From positions 134,044,001 to 134,108,000 of the forward strand of contig OX597815.1 of assembly GCA_951406725.2 (NCBI GenBank): a stretch of 64,000 nt of DNA. Direction: 5' to 3'. The position numbers and the translations under genes were made by a program. Numbering within the stretch: position 1 is the stretch's first letter; the number at the start of each line of letters is the position of its first letter. Source of the stretch: Octopus vulgaris. Its lineage: Eukaryota. Of the stretch, positions 51,621 through 64,000 are shown in pieces. A model generated the notes under the pieces. That model saw nothing but the letters and a program-made list of their open reading frames with translations. It had not been told where the DNA came from and did no database searches.

Positions 51621-52864
51621 ATCTGCCAATGTAGTGTTGAGCACTCGTTTTATTGTTCAACATTTACGTATACACACACACACATACATTATACATACAG
51701 TTCTATGTTTTTAGGTGTAGTCAGAGGCAGTCTGAATGGGTGTATGTTATATATATATGTATACACACACATACACATACATTATACATACAGTTCTATG
51801 TTTTTAGGTGTAGTCTAGGTGTTTTACACTTAGGTACCTCAAATTTTGCACAGAGATACACTTTTGAAGATTAGTTCATAAGCTATGATTTTTTTACTGA
51901 TATTTTCTATAATATTGGACATCACACACTGCTGCTATTATTGTGTGTGAGAGAGAGAGAGAGAGAGAATACACACTGAAAGGTCACAACACTAATTTTA
52001 AAAAATTCTTCTATGAACTTGATTTCCTATTTACTTTCCATTTTTACATTCAGATTAAACCAAAGTAGTGTTGTCTCCCTTGGTACAAGCCATTCAGAGA
52101 AAAGGTGCTAGCAAAAGGTTTTAATTAAAATTTTAACTTCAGTGACAAATATTACATCATCATTAAGGTCCATTATCTAAATGACACTAATTCTGGTAAA
52201 AGAAAAAAAGTGGGGTAGGTAACATAAGCCTGAAAGTTTAATAAATTAGAATTAATGAGACAATCGAGATAAGTTTCGGTCATTCCAGACTCCTCAGCGA
52301 AACAAATCTATGATCCTGAGCCCATGAGAAGTTTGCTTTAATGTTCTCGTAGCCCATTTGTCAGACTGTTAACAAAACCCTTATCATCCCTATGAGCACC
52401 AGTATAACTTCGAAAGCTATCAATAACTGGGTTTTATGAGCAATCAGGAAAGAAAATCATAAGGATTTTTGTTTTTACATTTATGTTGTCTGGCCCCCGT
52501 GTCGGTGGCATGTAAAAGCACCATCCGTTCGTGTCCGTTGCCAGCCTCGCCTGGCCCCCGTGCCGGTGACACGTAAAAGCACCATCCGTTTCGTGGCCGT
52601 TTGCCAGCTCTGTCTGGCCCCCGTGTTGGTGGCACGTAAAAAGCACCCACTACACTCACGGAGTGGTTGGCGTTAGGAAGGGCATCCAGCCGTAGAAACA
52701 CTGCCAGATCTGACTGGGCCTGATGAAGCCTTCCAGCTTCACAGACCCCAGTTGAACCGTCCAACCCATGCTAGCATGGAGAACGGACGCTAAATGATGA
52801 ACAGTAGTAGAGATCGAGTCCCACACACAGTTAAGAACCCCTTAATTAGAGTGTTCGTTAGGGA

Positions 52865-53290
52865 TATTACTTAAGGACAAGGGATACCTAGCTGACTTGG
52901 CAGACACCCATAAAATTATCAACCATCGCACAAACAATAACTCTGAGCACCTCTTCAAACTCCACCCATCTAACACCCGTGGACATATTTACAAAGTAAG
53001 AAAACAGCACAGCTCCCATGACTTCAGGAAACATTTTTTCACGCTGAGAGTTGCTGAAGTGTGGAACAAACTGCCGGCATCGGTTGTTAGTTGTCGGAGT
53101 ACTGCATCCTTCAAAACTTCCATGCTTCCTGAGATTCGCCAACACTACACTTGATTTTCTCCCCTCCATACACACACAAGCATGTTCACTTTCCAGACAT
53201 TTCTACATTACTGCATGTACTTTATATGCACTTTCTGACAAGTTGTGGTGCACCTGAGCACTGTATACAATAATTCCATTATTATTATAA
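52865..53290 (+). mobile_element. CR1-clade LINE 3' fragment
   Basis: ORF 52897..53154 TRGHIYKV..FFTLRVAEVWNKLP; tail GTGCACCTGAGCACTGTATACAATAAT(TAT)n. Confidence 0.88.
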
Positions 53291-53937
53291 TTGCAATGCT
53301 TCTGATCATAAGTCAGCTCAATCAAGGTTGACCAGGAACTAAGCAACACAACAAATAAAGAAATAAGTGTTTTACATGTTATGAAATGGAATATTTAAAC
53401 CCTTTTGTTACCATATTTTTCTTGCTATACACTGTTTTTGTTTCAAGTAATTTCGAAAACAATGAAGGGTCCCCCTCCCAAACCACCCTTAAAAAAATTT
53501 TCTTTTTTTGACACAAACCCCCACCCTTTTCAGCTACGGGGAATACAAATCAGCCAAAAAATTTGCAAAAATCAACATTTCTAAATTAACATCCCCACCC
53601 CCATTTCCTTCCTTTTTTTTTTTCAGAAATTTTTTTTCAAAATATGCAGATAGGGTTAGGGTTTTAGGGTTAGTGTTGCAGAGAAAAGTAAAAATTGAAG
53701 AAGTTGGGGCAGGGGAAGGGGTAAAAAAAGTTCACAAGTTCACAAAAAAAGTAAAAAAGTTCACAATGATGATTTTTGATAATTTTCTGGAACCTCTGTA
53801 TCTGAAAATGGGGATTTTTGGCAAAAAAAGTTTTAAAAATAAACAAATTTGGGAGAAAATAGGCGGGGGGAGTCTTTCCAAAATTTTTTAAAAGAGGGTG
53901 GTTTTGGGGGGGACGGGCGGAAGTCTTGCCATGGGGA

Positions 53938-54455
53938 TGGGGTGAAATTTCTTAGAGTTCCAGTCCACCCACCCCATTTTCCGGACTCCAAAAAGGGTTT
54001 TATAGCATATTACAAAGTCACCAGAATTCAGTCAACGAAAAAAAAAAAATTCCAATGATTCCAGGATATGGGAAGGGTGTGTGGCCCAGTGTCCCACCCA
54101 CCCATTTTTTTCCGAACAAAATATTATGAGGTCAGGGTACTTGATTCCATGCAAAAATCCGAGTTTTTTTTCTTAGTGAAAATCATGCAGGTGAAAAGAT
54201 CAATGAGGTGGGGGTGAAATTTCAGAGACTTCCACTTCATCCCACCCCATTTTCGGGACCCCAAAATGAGTTTTATAGCATATTAAGAGGTCACCAGAAT
54301 TCATTCAACGAAAAAAAAAAATTTCCAAGTATTCTGGGATATGGAGGGAGGGGCGACCCCCCCCCTTTCTTTCCGATCAAAAATAAGGAGTTTGTAGCAT
54401 ATTAGGAGTTTTTTTTTCTTTTTTCTCTTAGTGAAAATCGTGCAGGTGAAAGAAT
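53938..54455. repeat. Diverged tandem duplication of a ~270-bp unit
   Basis: GGTGAAATTTC..CCCACCCCATTTT..TTTTATAGCATATTA..GTCACCAGAATTCA..TTAGTGAAAATC.TGCAGGTGAAA occurs twice. Confidence 0.75.
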
Positions 54456-54576
54456 CATTATATGGTATTATATGAATTAATATTTTAACATTTATATTGT
54501 GTGCATTTTTTCTGAAGTTGTAGACTACGAAATGTGTGTGTCTGTGTGTGCATATATATATACACATACATACATA

Positions 54577-55393
54577 CATCATCATCATCATCGTTTAACG
54601 TCCATTTTTTGCGCTAGCACGGGTTGGACGGTTCGACAGGGGTCTGGGAAGCCAGGAGCTGCTCCAGGCTCCAGTCTGATCTGGCAGAGTTTCTACGGCT
54701 GGATGCCCTTCCTAATGCCAACCACTCCGCGAGTGTAGTGGGTGCTTTTTACGTGCCACCTGCACAGGTGCCAGGGGGGGGGGTCCGGCATCGGCCACGA
54801 TCAGTTGGAGCTTTTAACGTGCCACCGGCACGGAAGCCAGCCAAGGCGGCGCTGGCAACGGCCACGTTCGGATGGTACTTTTTATGTGCCACCGGCACAG
54901 AAACCAGTCGGGGCGGCACTGGCATCGGCCACATTCGGATGGTGCTTTTTTAACGTGCCACCGGCATGGAAGCCAGTCGAGTCAGCGCTGGCTACGGCCA
55001 CGTTCGGATGGTGCTTTTTATGTGCCACCGGCACAGGTATCACAACTACTATTTCCATTGATATTTATTTCGATGTTCATGTTCATGCACTTGACTCAAC
55101 AGGTCTCCTCAAGCACAGCAGGACGTTCTGGGATCCAGGGTACTTTGAATGGGCAGGGGCTATGCGGAACTGGGGCAGGAAGCAGCCCGGGTCTTTGCAG
55201 TCACAGCATATCTCCAGAGATCTCGGTCCTTCGCCATTGCCTCAGTGAGGCCCAACACTCTGAGGTCATGCTTGACTACCTCATCCCATGTCTTCCTGGG
55301 TCTACCTCTCCTCCTGATACCTTCAACTGTTTGGGAGTGGCACTTCTTCACACATCTCTCCTCATCCATCCGCAGTACATGACCATACCATCG
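54577..55393 (-). mobile_element. RTE LINE 3' end whose 3' UTR has ~62-bp tandem repeats and a (GAT)n tail
   Basis: ORF 55160..55396 RWYGHVLRM..GRPRKTW; repeated TTTTACGTGCCACCGGCAC units. Confidence 0.88.
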
Positions 55394-55540
55394 CATATAT
55401 ATATATATATCATCATCATCATTTAGCGTCCGTTCTCCATGCTAGCATGGGTTGGACGGTTCAACTGGGGTCTGTGAAGCTGGAAGGCTTCATCAGGCCC
55501 AGTCAGATCTGGCAGTGTTTCTACGGCTGGATGCCCTTCC

Positions 55541-55579
<39 letters not shown>

Positions 55580-57194
55580 GTATAAAAGAGAAGAGTGTGT
55601 AATGAATATGTAGACACACACAAGGGTCAGTATCAAATTGTTACAGAAAAGTAACAAAATCCCAACAAAATACAAACATTTTTCTAAATTTTAAGAATGC
55701 CTTAGATTTTATTCTTTGTAAGCCTAGTACTTATTCTATCGGTACCTTTTGCCGAACCACTAAGTTATCTAAACATCGTTGTTAAGCGATGTTTGGGGGG
55801 GGGGGTTCCAAACACAGACACTCAAATACATATATAAATATATGGAATGCTGTCTTGGGGTCAATTTGTTCGGTTAAAGGCGGTACCCCAGCATGACCCC
55901 AGTCAAAATGACTGAAATATTTATACACTATGTATCAACAAAATGCGAAGGATGTAATAAAACAGAATAAAATGAAAATGAAACCATTAAATCTATTAAA
56001 CTCAACACAATCGACTAACAATTCAGGAAGTGATTTTTTTACAAGAACTTTCAGTTTCCGTCTACCGAATTCACTCACAAGGCTTTGCTCGGCCCAAGGC
56101 TATAGTAAAAGACACTTGCCCAAGGTTCCACGCAGTGAGACTGAACTCGGAACCATGTGGTTGGTAAACAAGGTACTTAGCACACAGCAGAAAAATTACG
56201 TTTAACTGAAGAATCACGTCAGAATGAGATCAAATCAGAGATTATGAATAAACAACAAACATAGGTATGTGCAAAAATGATCAGAAATAATAAATTAACT
56301 AAACACGTTTTTCGTTTTTGGATTTGATTTGCAAGTTTCTTTATGTGAGTTCGTGTGTTGAAGCATATTCTGTTGTGTCTGGGGAGTCATTTTCTTTTTG
56401 TGCCTTATAATTTAACATACTCGGGAATAAATGGAAATTTTACCGGTGAGTTTGTTAAATTATAAGGCACAAAAAGAAAATAACACAACAGAATAAACAC
56501 GTTTTCTCTCTTCTTTTTCAATGAAAAAGTTTAAAAATGCATATAGTTACTATTATTACTTACTGTACATATTAGATAAAATAACTTTACATTTCTCATT
56601 TTGAGGTATATTATCGGGGTCATAAAATTTAATTCTGTTTCCTAATATCTAAATTTTTTTAAAAAAGTTTTAAAAAGGCACTTGAAAGTTGCTTCTTAGT
56701 GTGCCATGCGCTTGACCATCACCGGCTTATGTACAAGTTACCAGGTACGTGTAGGATATTCGAGCCAACCTATTTAAAAAATGAATCACCTGACCTTTCT
56801 CTACTTAAATATATAATGAGAATAACGCATTATTTTAATTTCTTTTATTTTTGCAAATATTTATAAACTGTTAGAACAGAAAGTGTCTTCATCGAGCCAA
56901 TTTTATTCGCTTTCTCATTGTCGCCTCCTTAGTTTTGGCTTAAAATGTATTTTAGGGAAGAGGAAAATATACAAAATTGGTTTTCTACGTATTGCTGAGC
57001 AGACGAATTATAATGATTTAAAATGAAAGTAAATTTTTTTTAATCCTCTTTCAGTTATTTAAATCAATTTTAAGCAATTTGGTAACAAAATGTGAAATCA
57101 CATGTCCACATATGGACAGATGTTCGTTAAATATTTAATGCATTATTACATATTGATTAGCTACATATATTTTGCTTTAATAATAAAGCCTTAC

Positions 57195-57260
57195 CTTCAA
57201 GCCGGTAAATGTAGGCTGGTATTTTGAAATTGACGTCCGCAAACCAGAAAAAGATGTGGC
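57195..57260 (-). promoter_or_regulatory. YARS1: Probable non-coding first exon/TSS of TyrRS with a pyrimidine-tract start
   Basis: Strong donor AAG|GTAAGG at 57195/57194; minus strand reads CATCTTTTTCTGG at ~57256; CpG-containing unique DNA; the first coding exon has its own acceptor 16 nt upstream of the ATG, so an upstream exon is expected. Confidence 0.55.
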
Positions 57261-60200
57261 AATGAATGATTACATCAGATGTTTGGGAAAGATCCCTTAA
57301 GACGTTAACAAAAAGCAAAAATAAAGTGAGGTAACTCTAGATTCTTGTTTAATTTTGATATCAATAGACCCATGTTTGTTGTTTATTCGCCTGACGAAAT
57401 TCTCACAAGCTGTTCTATTTATTCATAAGCTTTATATGTATATTCACAACCAGTTTTATTTATTCATATGCTTATGGGACAATAAATATCTCTATGCGAT
57501 TGAGTTGTTAGGACTATAAGTAAAATATTCATAAAACCATACTCTGTCATTTTAAATGAGGGAAAAGTAAAAGAGATAATGTAGCTCTGGATGACCCCGA
57601 AATGGGATGGACACGGGCTTTAATCAGAGTTAATAGTTCTACTTGGTTAGAGACGAGCTAGAACTAAACGATGACGATAACATAATTGCATAGGAAAGCG
57701 GTTTAGAGGGCTCAGATAGAAAAACGGCAGCCTGACGATATATTTTGTGAATGTAAGAGTTACGTCCCTCTTCTATAGAAAGAACAAATGAGTATTCTTT
57801 TAATCTTTTTTTTTCTTTTATACGTTTCAGTCATTTAACTGGCCATGTTGGAGCAGAGCCTTAAGGAATTTTAGTCTAACAAATCGGCAGCAGGACTTAT
57901 TCTTTGTAAATCTAGAACTTTTCTATCGGTCTTTTTTGCCGAACTGCTAAGTTACTAGGACGTAAACACACTGACATCGGTTGTCAAACAATGGTAGGTG
58001 GACAAACACAGACACAAAGACATACATAAATACGTACATACACACATATTTATACGACAGGCTTCTTTCATTTTAGGTCTACCAAAATCCACTCACAAGG
58101 GTTTGCAAGGTGCCACACAGTAGGGCTGAACCCAGAACCATGTGAAAAAAAAATGACATAATCTTAAGATAATTTTATTTGTTTAAACCCACTTTTTTAA
58201 AAAACTATTTGTATATTTTAATTTTCTCTAAAATATTCTGTAGTTTCTTTTTTTTTTTAGATGCTACATTTCTTTTAACATCTTTTATATGCTTACGTAC
58301 ATGGATTTATATTTTTATCTCATTTAAATTTTCCCTGTAATCTTTGTTTATGTGTGTTGATTTAGTAGTAGTTTATTAATAAGAAATTAACTCTAACCAG
58401 AAACTTAATCTGAAATATTTTTAGGGATCCTAACATACAAAATATCAACTTTCCATATCTTGTCTTTTGTTGATAGATATATAATTTAGACAGTGATTAA
58501 AAGACAGTCTCCTTCCACAAGCTTATTTCCAGTTTCTGTAGTATCAAATAGATGAAGGCCAAACACCCCCTTAGAAAGGTTGCTGGTCAATCATAGGTAA
58601 ATTCACCTTCTGAAGAAACTAAGCTCTACATCGTAAGGCAAGAATCACCAAACAATTTCACAGGGCTATTGCTACTTTCCCGTGGTGAATCAATCATACC
58701 AACGATTAGAGCATTTCCAAAGGATGTCTTCTACTTGAAATGCTTCTATTCAAGTGTGGGCAAACATACGTAATGTATTGAACACAAAATAGTTTTTAAT
58801 TAATTGAAATTACACCAATAATGAGGATGTAAAGCATCAGCATTAATAAGATTTTTAGTTTAAAAAAAACAAAAAGCAAGAGAGAGAGAGAGAAAAGAAA
58901 GAAGTTCGAAATTTTTAATTGATTAAAAATTTAATGGAGATATGAAGTGAGGGTTGATCCTGATTTTTGATATGTATGATGGAAATTCCAAATTGTTTAG
59001 TCTTATTAGATCTCCTCAGCGAAATAGTCTTGATACAGTAAACCTAGTTGATGAATGCTAAGTGTTTTGATTTTGGACAGATAGCAGTACCACTATGTGG
59101 TCTGCTTAGTTATCTATAGAATATGTCTGTTTTTTTTAAAATTTATTCATATCAACCTTAAGAGAATTTGGTTCATTAGCAGTACATTCAGTGTAGGAGC
59201 AGTTACCAACAACCTCTCATATATTTTGTTCTAAAAATTATTACCCATCTCTTCTCTTATTCTCATTTGGGTTATTCAGCCATTTCATCAGGTTCTATTT
59301 GCTAATTTGGACACCCATGAAGTTAGGGTTCTCCCCAGTGTGAACTCATTTTTATAAGGAAATCCCAGCTCATAACTTCATAAATTCTGTATCACTGTGT
59401 TGGAAGAAGAGGCACCCCATCGGCTTTCTGGTGCCCTACCTCATCAACCCAAATGCCAATGTCTCGACATACTATACCCATAATTTCTCCTTTTCCTAGA
59501 TCTGACTCATATTGATGAACTCCTAATGATTCATAATACAAGCAAACAAGAACTTTTTTGTAGCTGTTGTTGTTAATGTCTTTTTCGTTAGAGGTTTTAG
59601 TCCTATTCTTTGTGTTTTTTGCAACTAGACTATAAAAGTTGAGCCTGTGCTTCTATCTATTTGTTCAATTGTCATGTCATTTTGAAGATTTCATTTTGAA
59701 ATATGTTTTCAAGTTTCAGTGATCATGTTGAGGAAGCCCCAAATTTGCTTTCGTTGTTGATTTTACAATTGTGAGAGAGAGAAAACAAAAAAAAAAGAGA
59801 GAATTTACTGGGCTGTCTGACAAAAATACACATAGTGAACAAAGAATGCCAAGATAAACTGTTTTTATACCTCAGGAAAATTGGATGAAGATTAAATAAT
59901 TCAGAAAAGCTCTCTTATCAGTAATTCAGAATGGAAAACAAACAAAAATTCTTATCAATAAATCCCAGGAGAATTTGGCTTTAAGTCAGAGCTTTATGAA
60001 ACACAAGCATCCACAACAAACACGAGTAGCAACAGCAACAATTAATGGCACCTATTGAAAGACCACATTTTATAGATTTTCTTATTTTTAATGCATTTAC
60101 ATATCTTAATTGGATTGTTTCATTATGGTAAATATTTTTATGATAATTAGTGAGACAACAGATTGATGTTATTGAAACGGTAGGATTTAGATAACTTATA

Positions 60201-61926
60201 GTGCTAGCATAGTTGTAGTGTAGTATCAATATAATAAATATCCAGCAGAACACAGAATATGTCATTTTAATCCTATTTGCTTAACTACATAAATTCATGC
60301 ATACCTGCCAACCTAGCAACCTACCTACGTAACTACCCACCTACATAACTACACACCTACCTACTTACCTACTACATAGTGATTGCGGAACTTCACAGGT
60401 GATTCCTATTTTTCTAATTGCCAATAAAATTTCTGACTTTCCAATCATGACCACTCAGATGACTTTTCGGTTTTGTTGCATATCTGCAAGCAAATATACA
60501 TGCATACATACATACATACATATGCATACATACATGCATACATACATACAAACGTATGTACATACCTTCATGCATACATACATACTTACATATATGCATG
60601 CATAGTGATTTCTCCATTTTCACAGATGATTGCCATCTCTCTGTGCTTCCTCGTTATCAATGGAATTTCTGACTTTCTGTCTTGCTGCAGGTGTATTTGC
60701 ATACACACATACCTGCATACATACGTACATACATGCATGCATACATACATACATACCTACATACATACATGCCTATCTATCTAGCTAATTACCTCTTCAT
60801 CTATTTATCTACCCATCTATCTACGAACGTATTTCTCTCTCAGATATGAGCGCTTAATTTCCTGTTATATCTGTTGACTTTCTCTTTGAAACCAGAGGTA
60901 TATTGCACATTCGTGCTAAGTCATGTAGGCCTTTCTTATATATCGATTTTGTCTTGTTTCTTTGTTCTTCTCTAATCTTTTACCTGTATTGTCTTATTCT
61001 TTCTTATGTTGCTTTGCGTTGCAAAAATTTGCTGAAATGTAAAGAGATAAATATTGAGAAAACTGTTTCGCTCTCTGCCCATCTGATTGTAGCAGACAAA
61101 CATTAATAGAACAGTTTGAAAGCTTGAACAGGGTTATTTCCCTTTGGTAGTAGCGTAGTGAAAAATTGGAGCAGAAGTTGGTATTCCGTCTGTCTTTATG
61201 TTCTAAATTCAAATTCGACTTTGCCTTTCACCCTTTCGTGGTCGATAAATTAAGTACCAGTTGCGTACTGGGGTCGATCTAATCGACTGGCTCCCCTCCC
61301 TAAAAATTTCGGGCCTGGTACCTAGAGTAGAAAAGAATAATAATATTGGTTACAATATTAATGTAATTTTTTTGGCACAAGGCCAGCATCTTTGGAGTAA
61401 GTAAATTACATTAACCCCAGTGTTCAACTGGTACTTCTTTTATCAACACCGAAAGTATGAAAGCAAAGTCGACCCTAGTGGAATTTGAACTTAGAACAGA
61501 GAAAATGCCACTAAACATTTTACTCAGCATGCTAGCGATTCTGCCAGTAGTAGTAGTAGTAGTAGTAGTTGACAAACTGGGGAATGGTACAGAACGAGGG
61601 CCATTTCTGTTTGGTTGCCAAGGTCAATTTCTGTTCGAATTAATTCCACAATCAGTGTACTGAAACATGTTTATAGGTTAATCAATGCTATGTAAATCAT
61701 TTTCGTCATAATTTAATAAATAAAGAGTTATTAGCTATTAAAGTTTGAAAATTTGGGGCAATTTTTATTAATCGTAAGCCATAGACACATTCATACCTGT
61801 TTCTACAGTAACAAGCCAAATATGAGAACACTTTTGTCTGCAAGAAGGCACATGTTGACTAATATATTCCAGTCATTGAGATGGTTGTCCTATGTGCTAA
61901 AAATAGCAACCAAATAGGCCTTAAAT

Positions 61927-62292
61927 CATGCACCAGAGGAGGATGCAGTTTCATACTTGCAAGAAAAGGGTATTATACCCAAAAGAAAATTATGCAAAAT
62001 GAAGACGCATTTTATGAGTACAAGAAAACATGGTGGGAATATGTATTGGTGATGCACACGCCAAGGATGCATGGAGTTTGTGTCAGTGAGGAAAGACACA
62101 TGGTTTGATGGTGGCATCCTTCCTCTTAGGACTGTAGTACTTTTCCTTTTTTCATGGGTTAAAGATCTGACATCAGTCTAGTCTTATGTTGAAGAACTGG
62201 GGATGAGCCATTGCACAGCTGCTGAGTATAACAGCTATGTTAGGGAAGTACATGCAGAGGACTTGCTCTGGTATCCACTTAAGGTTGGTGAT
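61927..62292 (+). mobile_element. Merlin/IS1016-like transposase N-terminal fragment (pseudogene)
   Basis: Translation EEDAVSYLQEKGIIPKRKLC...W*CTRQGC...VSVRKDTWFDGGILPLRTVVLFLFSW...ELGMS.......NSYVREV...L...PLKVG matches the layout preceding the Merlin VEIDE motif; two in-frame stops. Confidence 0.8.
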
Positions 62293-62989
62293 GTTTGTTT
62301 TTTAAAAATATCTAACTTGTAATGTGCTATTTTGTTTTTTGGATAAATCTTTTAAGTTTGTGCTATAAGTCTCTTATTTTGAGAAATATTTAATTTGTAA
62401 TATGCTGTTTATTGCATTAAATGCTTAAAACTATAAAATATGTGTTGTTTACCTTATTTTTGTCATTGAGGTAGTTGTGAGGTGTGCTAAAAAATAACAG
62501 CTAAATAGGCCTTAAATCACGCACCTCTACAATTTTTTTTTTTTTTTTGCATAATCGTACTAAGTCCTGCATGTAAAGTACAAATTTGCAAAAATTTTCA
62601 GAAAACTCCAAAACATAAAAAAGTTATATATAAGAGGTTATATGTTGTGCGTAATTCATTTCTTTATGGTTTCATATAAAAACACAAGTGCCATTTTCAG
62701 GATGTTGACAAAATGTGCAGTCATGTGCAAAATGATGGCTTTCAAATCCTGTTTCCTGACTGGGTGAAAATGATCAAACTTTAAGCCTCTATAACTTTTT
62801 TTAAAAAAACATTTCTGGAAAAGTGAAATAACTCCAGCAATTCAGTTTGGAAAGCTACTTTAATGTACCAAATTTTAAAATTTTCAATAAACTTTGATTT
62901 TTGAAATCTTGGCAACCAAACAGAAAAGATCCCAGAAGGATAATAATCTTACATTATTGTTACAGGGGTAACAAAAAAATAATGACCAT

Positions 62990-63760
62990 TACAAGGACAG
63001 TCTATAAAAAGCGCAGACATTTATATAGGAACCAGATTAATGAGAGCAAGAAAAAGAAGAAAATTTTATTCACATCATGTATGCTGAAGTTCCACAAGGA
63101 GGACCACCACTTGAAACCAATTAAGTAAACCACAGATCTAAGATTGTCCTGATCCTCCAAAGGCAAGTGACTTCTTCCAAATGCTATTCCTTGGCCTACA
63201 ATCATATCCACTCAATGGGACAATGCATGTCACTCTCACTTAACTTTCAATAAATTTACTGGAGGGCAGCTTCTCCCTCTTTTCTTATCTTCATCTCCAA
63301 GTGGAACTTGTAAAGATCAACAAGGTATAGGAAGAAGAAAGAGTTTTTCCCCTTCTTTCAATCGCCTATTACGTCATAACCACTAGATGGAGGAAAGAGC
63401 CTGTCCTTACCGAAAGGAAAAATGGTGGGAAGATTTTCACGATGGACTTGGCCAGTTGTTGCAAATGTCCTATGTGTGTTGAAAGCTATTCAACAAAATC
63501 CCAGAAGTCAGTAATACTCAGACACTGAACAAGTGCATGCAGAATTGTTTCGTTGCTCCATGAGCATCTTGAATAGGCTCAAATGATGATGCCCCCTTCT
63601 TGTACAATTTATCTCGAACCAGTAATGTCCTCACTGATATAGAACTGCCAGGCCAGAAATGTCTGCAAGTTATCCTTAGTCTCTGGGATGCAAGTCTTCT
63701 GGAATAGCAAACTAATTTTCCTTGACAATCAGATTTTTCTTAAGTGGTAGGAACATCATC
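62990..63760 (-). mobile_element. Decayed Tx1/L1 ORF2 C-terminal (zf-RVT) fragment
   Basis: Minus strand gives LLVRDKLYKKG and ETILHALVQC...FWDFVE (63521-63551), the CCHC-type motif of L1/Tx1 ORF2. Confidence 0.7.
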
Positions 63761-64000
63761 ACTCTTTCCTATCACTAGCCCTCAACAGAATGCTAAAGTA
63801 GAAGTTTCACTGACCCTATTACTCAAGTGATCGAAGAGATTGAATATATGACAACATTCCATTTGTCAGGCACCGAGTTTTGGGTTTCACTACAAGTCTA
63901 TCAAAAAAGATGAGTTATGGAAAAAAAATGTCTGTTCAACGTCCAGAAATGTTTGTAGATATTAAAACTTCAACATATGTCTGTGTGTTAGCTACCACAG

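Noticed and set aside
51669-51814. ~54-bp direct repeat
   Set aside because: Microsatellite-anchored local duplication with no further structure.
54730-55040. Regularly spaced ~62-bp repeats resembling a CRISPR array
   Set aside because: Eukaryotic context, no cas genes, and the 'spacers' are similar to one another; these are tandem repeats in an RTE-family 3' UTR, also seen at 5.1, 48.8 and 52.5 kb.
60300-60830. ORFs 60399..60784 and duplicated CATAGTGATT..TTTCTGACTTTC blocks
   Set aside because: Dominated by (CATA)n/(CTAC)n microsatellites; no coding signal.

Overview
AT-rich, repeat-dense animal genomic DNA. The SINE/LINE families look like those of octopus or another coleoid cephalopod (inference from remembered repeat sequences, not a search). 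Two intron-rich housekeeping translation genes lie in tandem on the minus strand. (1) A complete cytoplasmic tyrosyl-tRNA synthetase: 13 coding exons, 50075->27699, 1569 nt, 522 aa, with a C-terminal EMAP-II-like domain and a probable non-coding first exon ending at 57195. (2) Pelota: coding exons 1-10, 20774->752; the gene continues beyond the left edge. All exons were assembled by hand with GT-AG boundaries and consistent phases. Introns and intergenic DNA hold tRNA-derived SINEs, RTE/CR1/Tx1-L1 LINE fragments, Penelope-like GIY-YIG remnants, DD36E and DD37D Tc1/mariner relics, a hAT MITE, a Merlin transposase fragment and GG-ended MITEs with 8-bp TSDs. The most unusual items are: a TSD-flanked 434-bp insertion in which a tRNA-like Pol III head sits between two inverted arms that each carry a minimal hammerhead-ribozyme-like motif; several other hammerhead-like repeats; an ORF1-only Tx1/L1-like element with an apparent 5'-UTR intron; and Merlin-type foldback MITEs with telomere-like cores.
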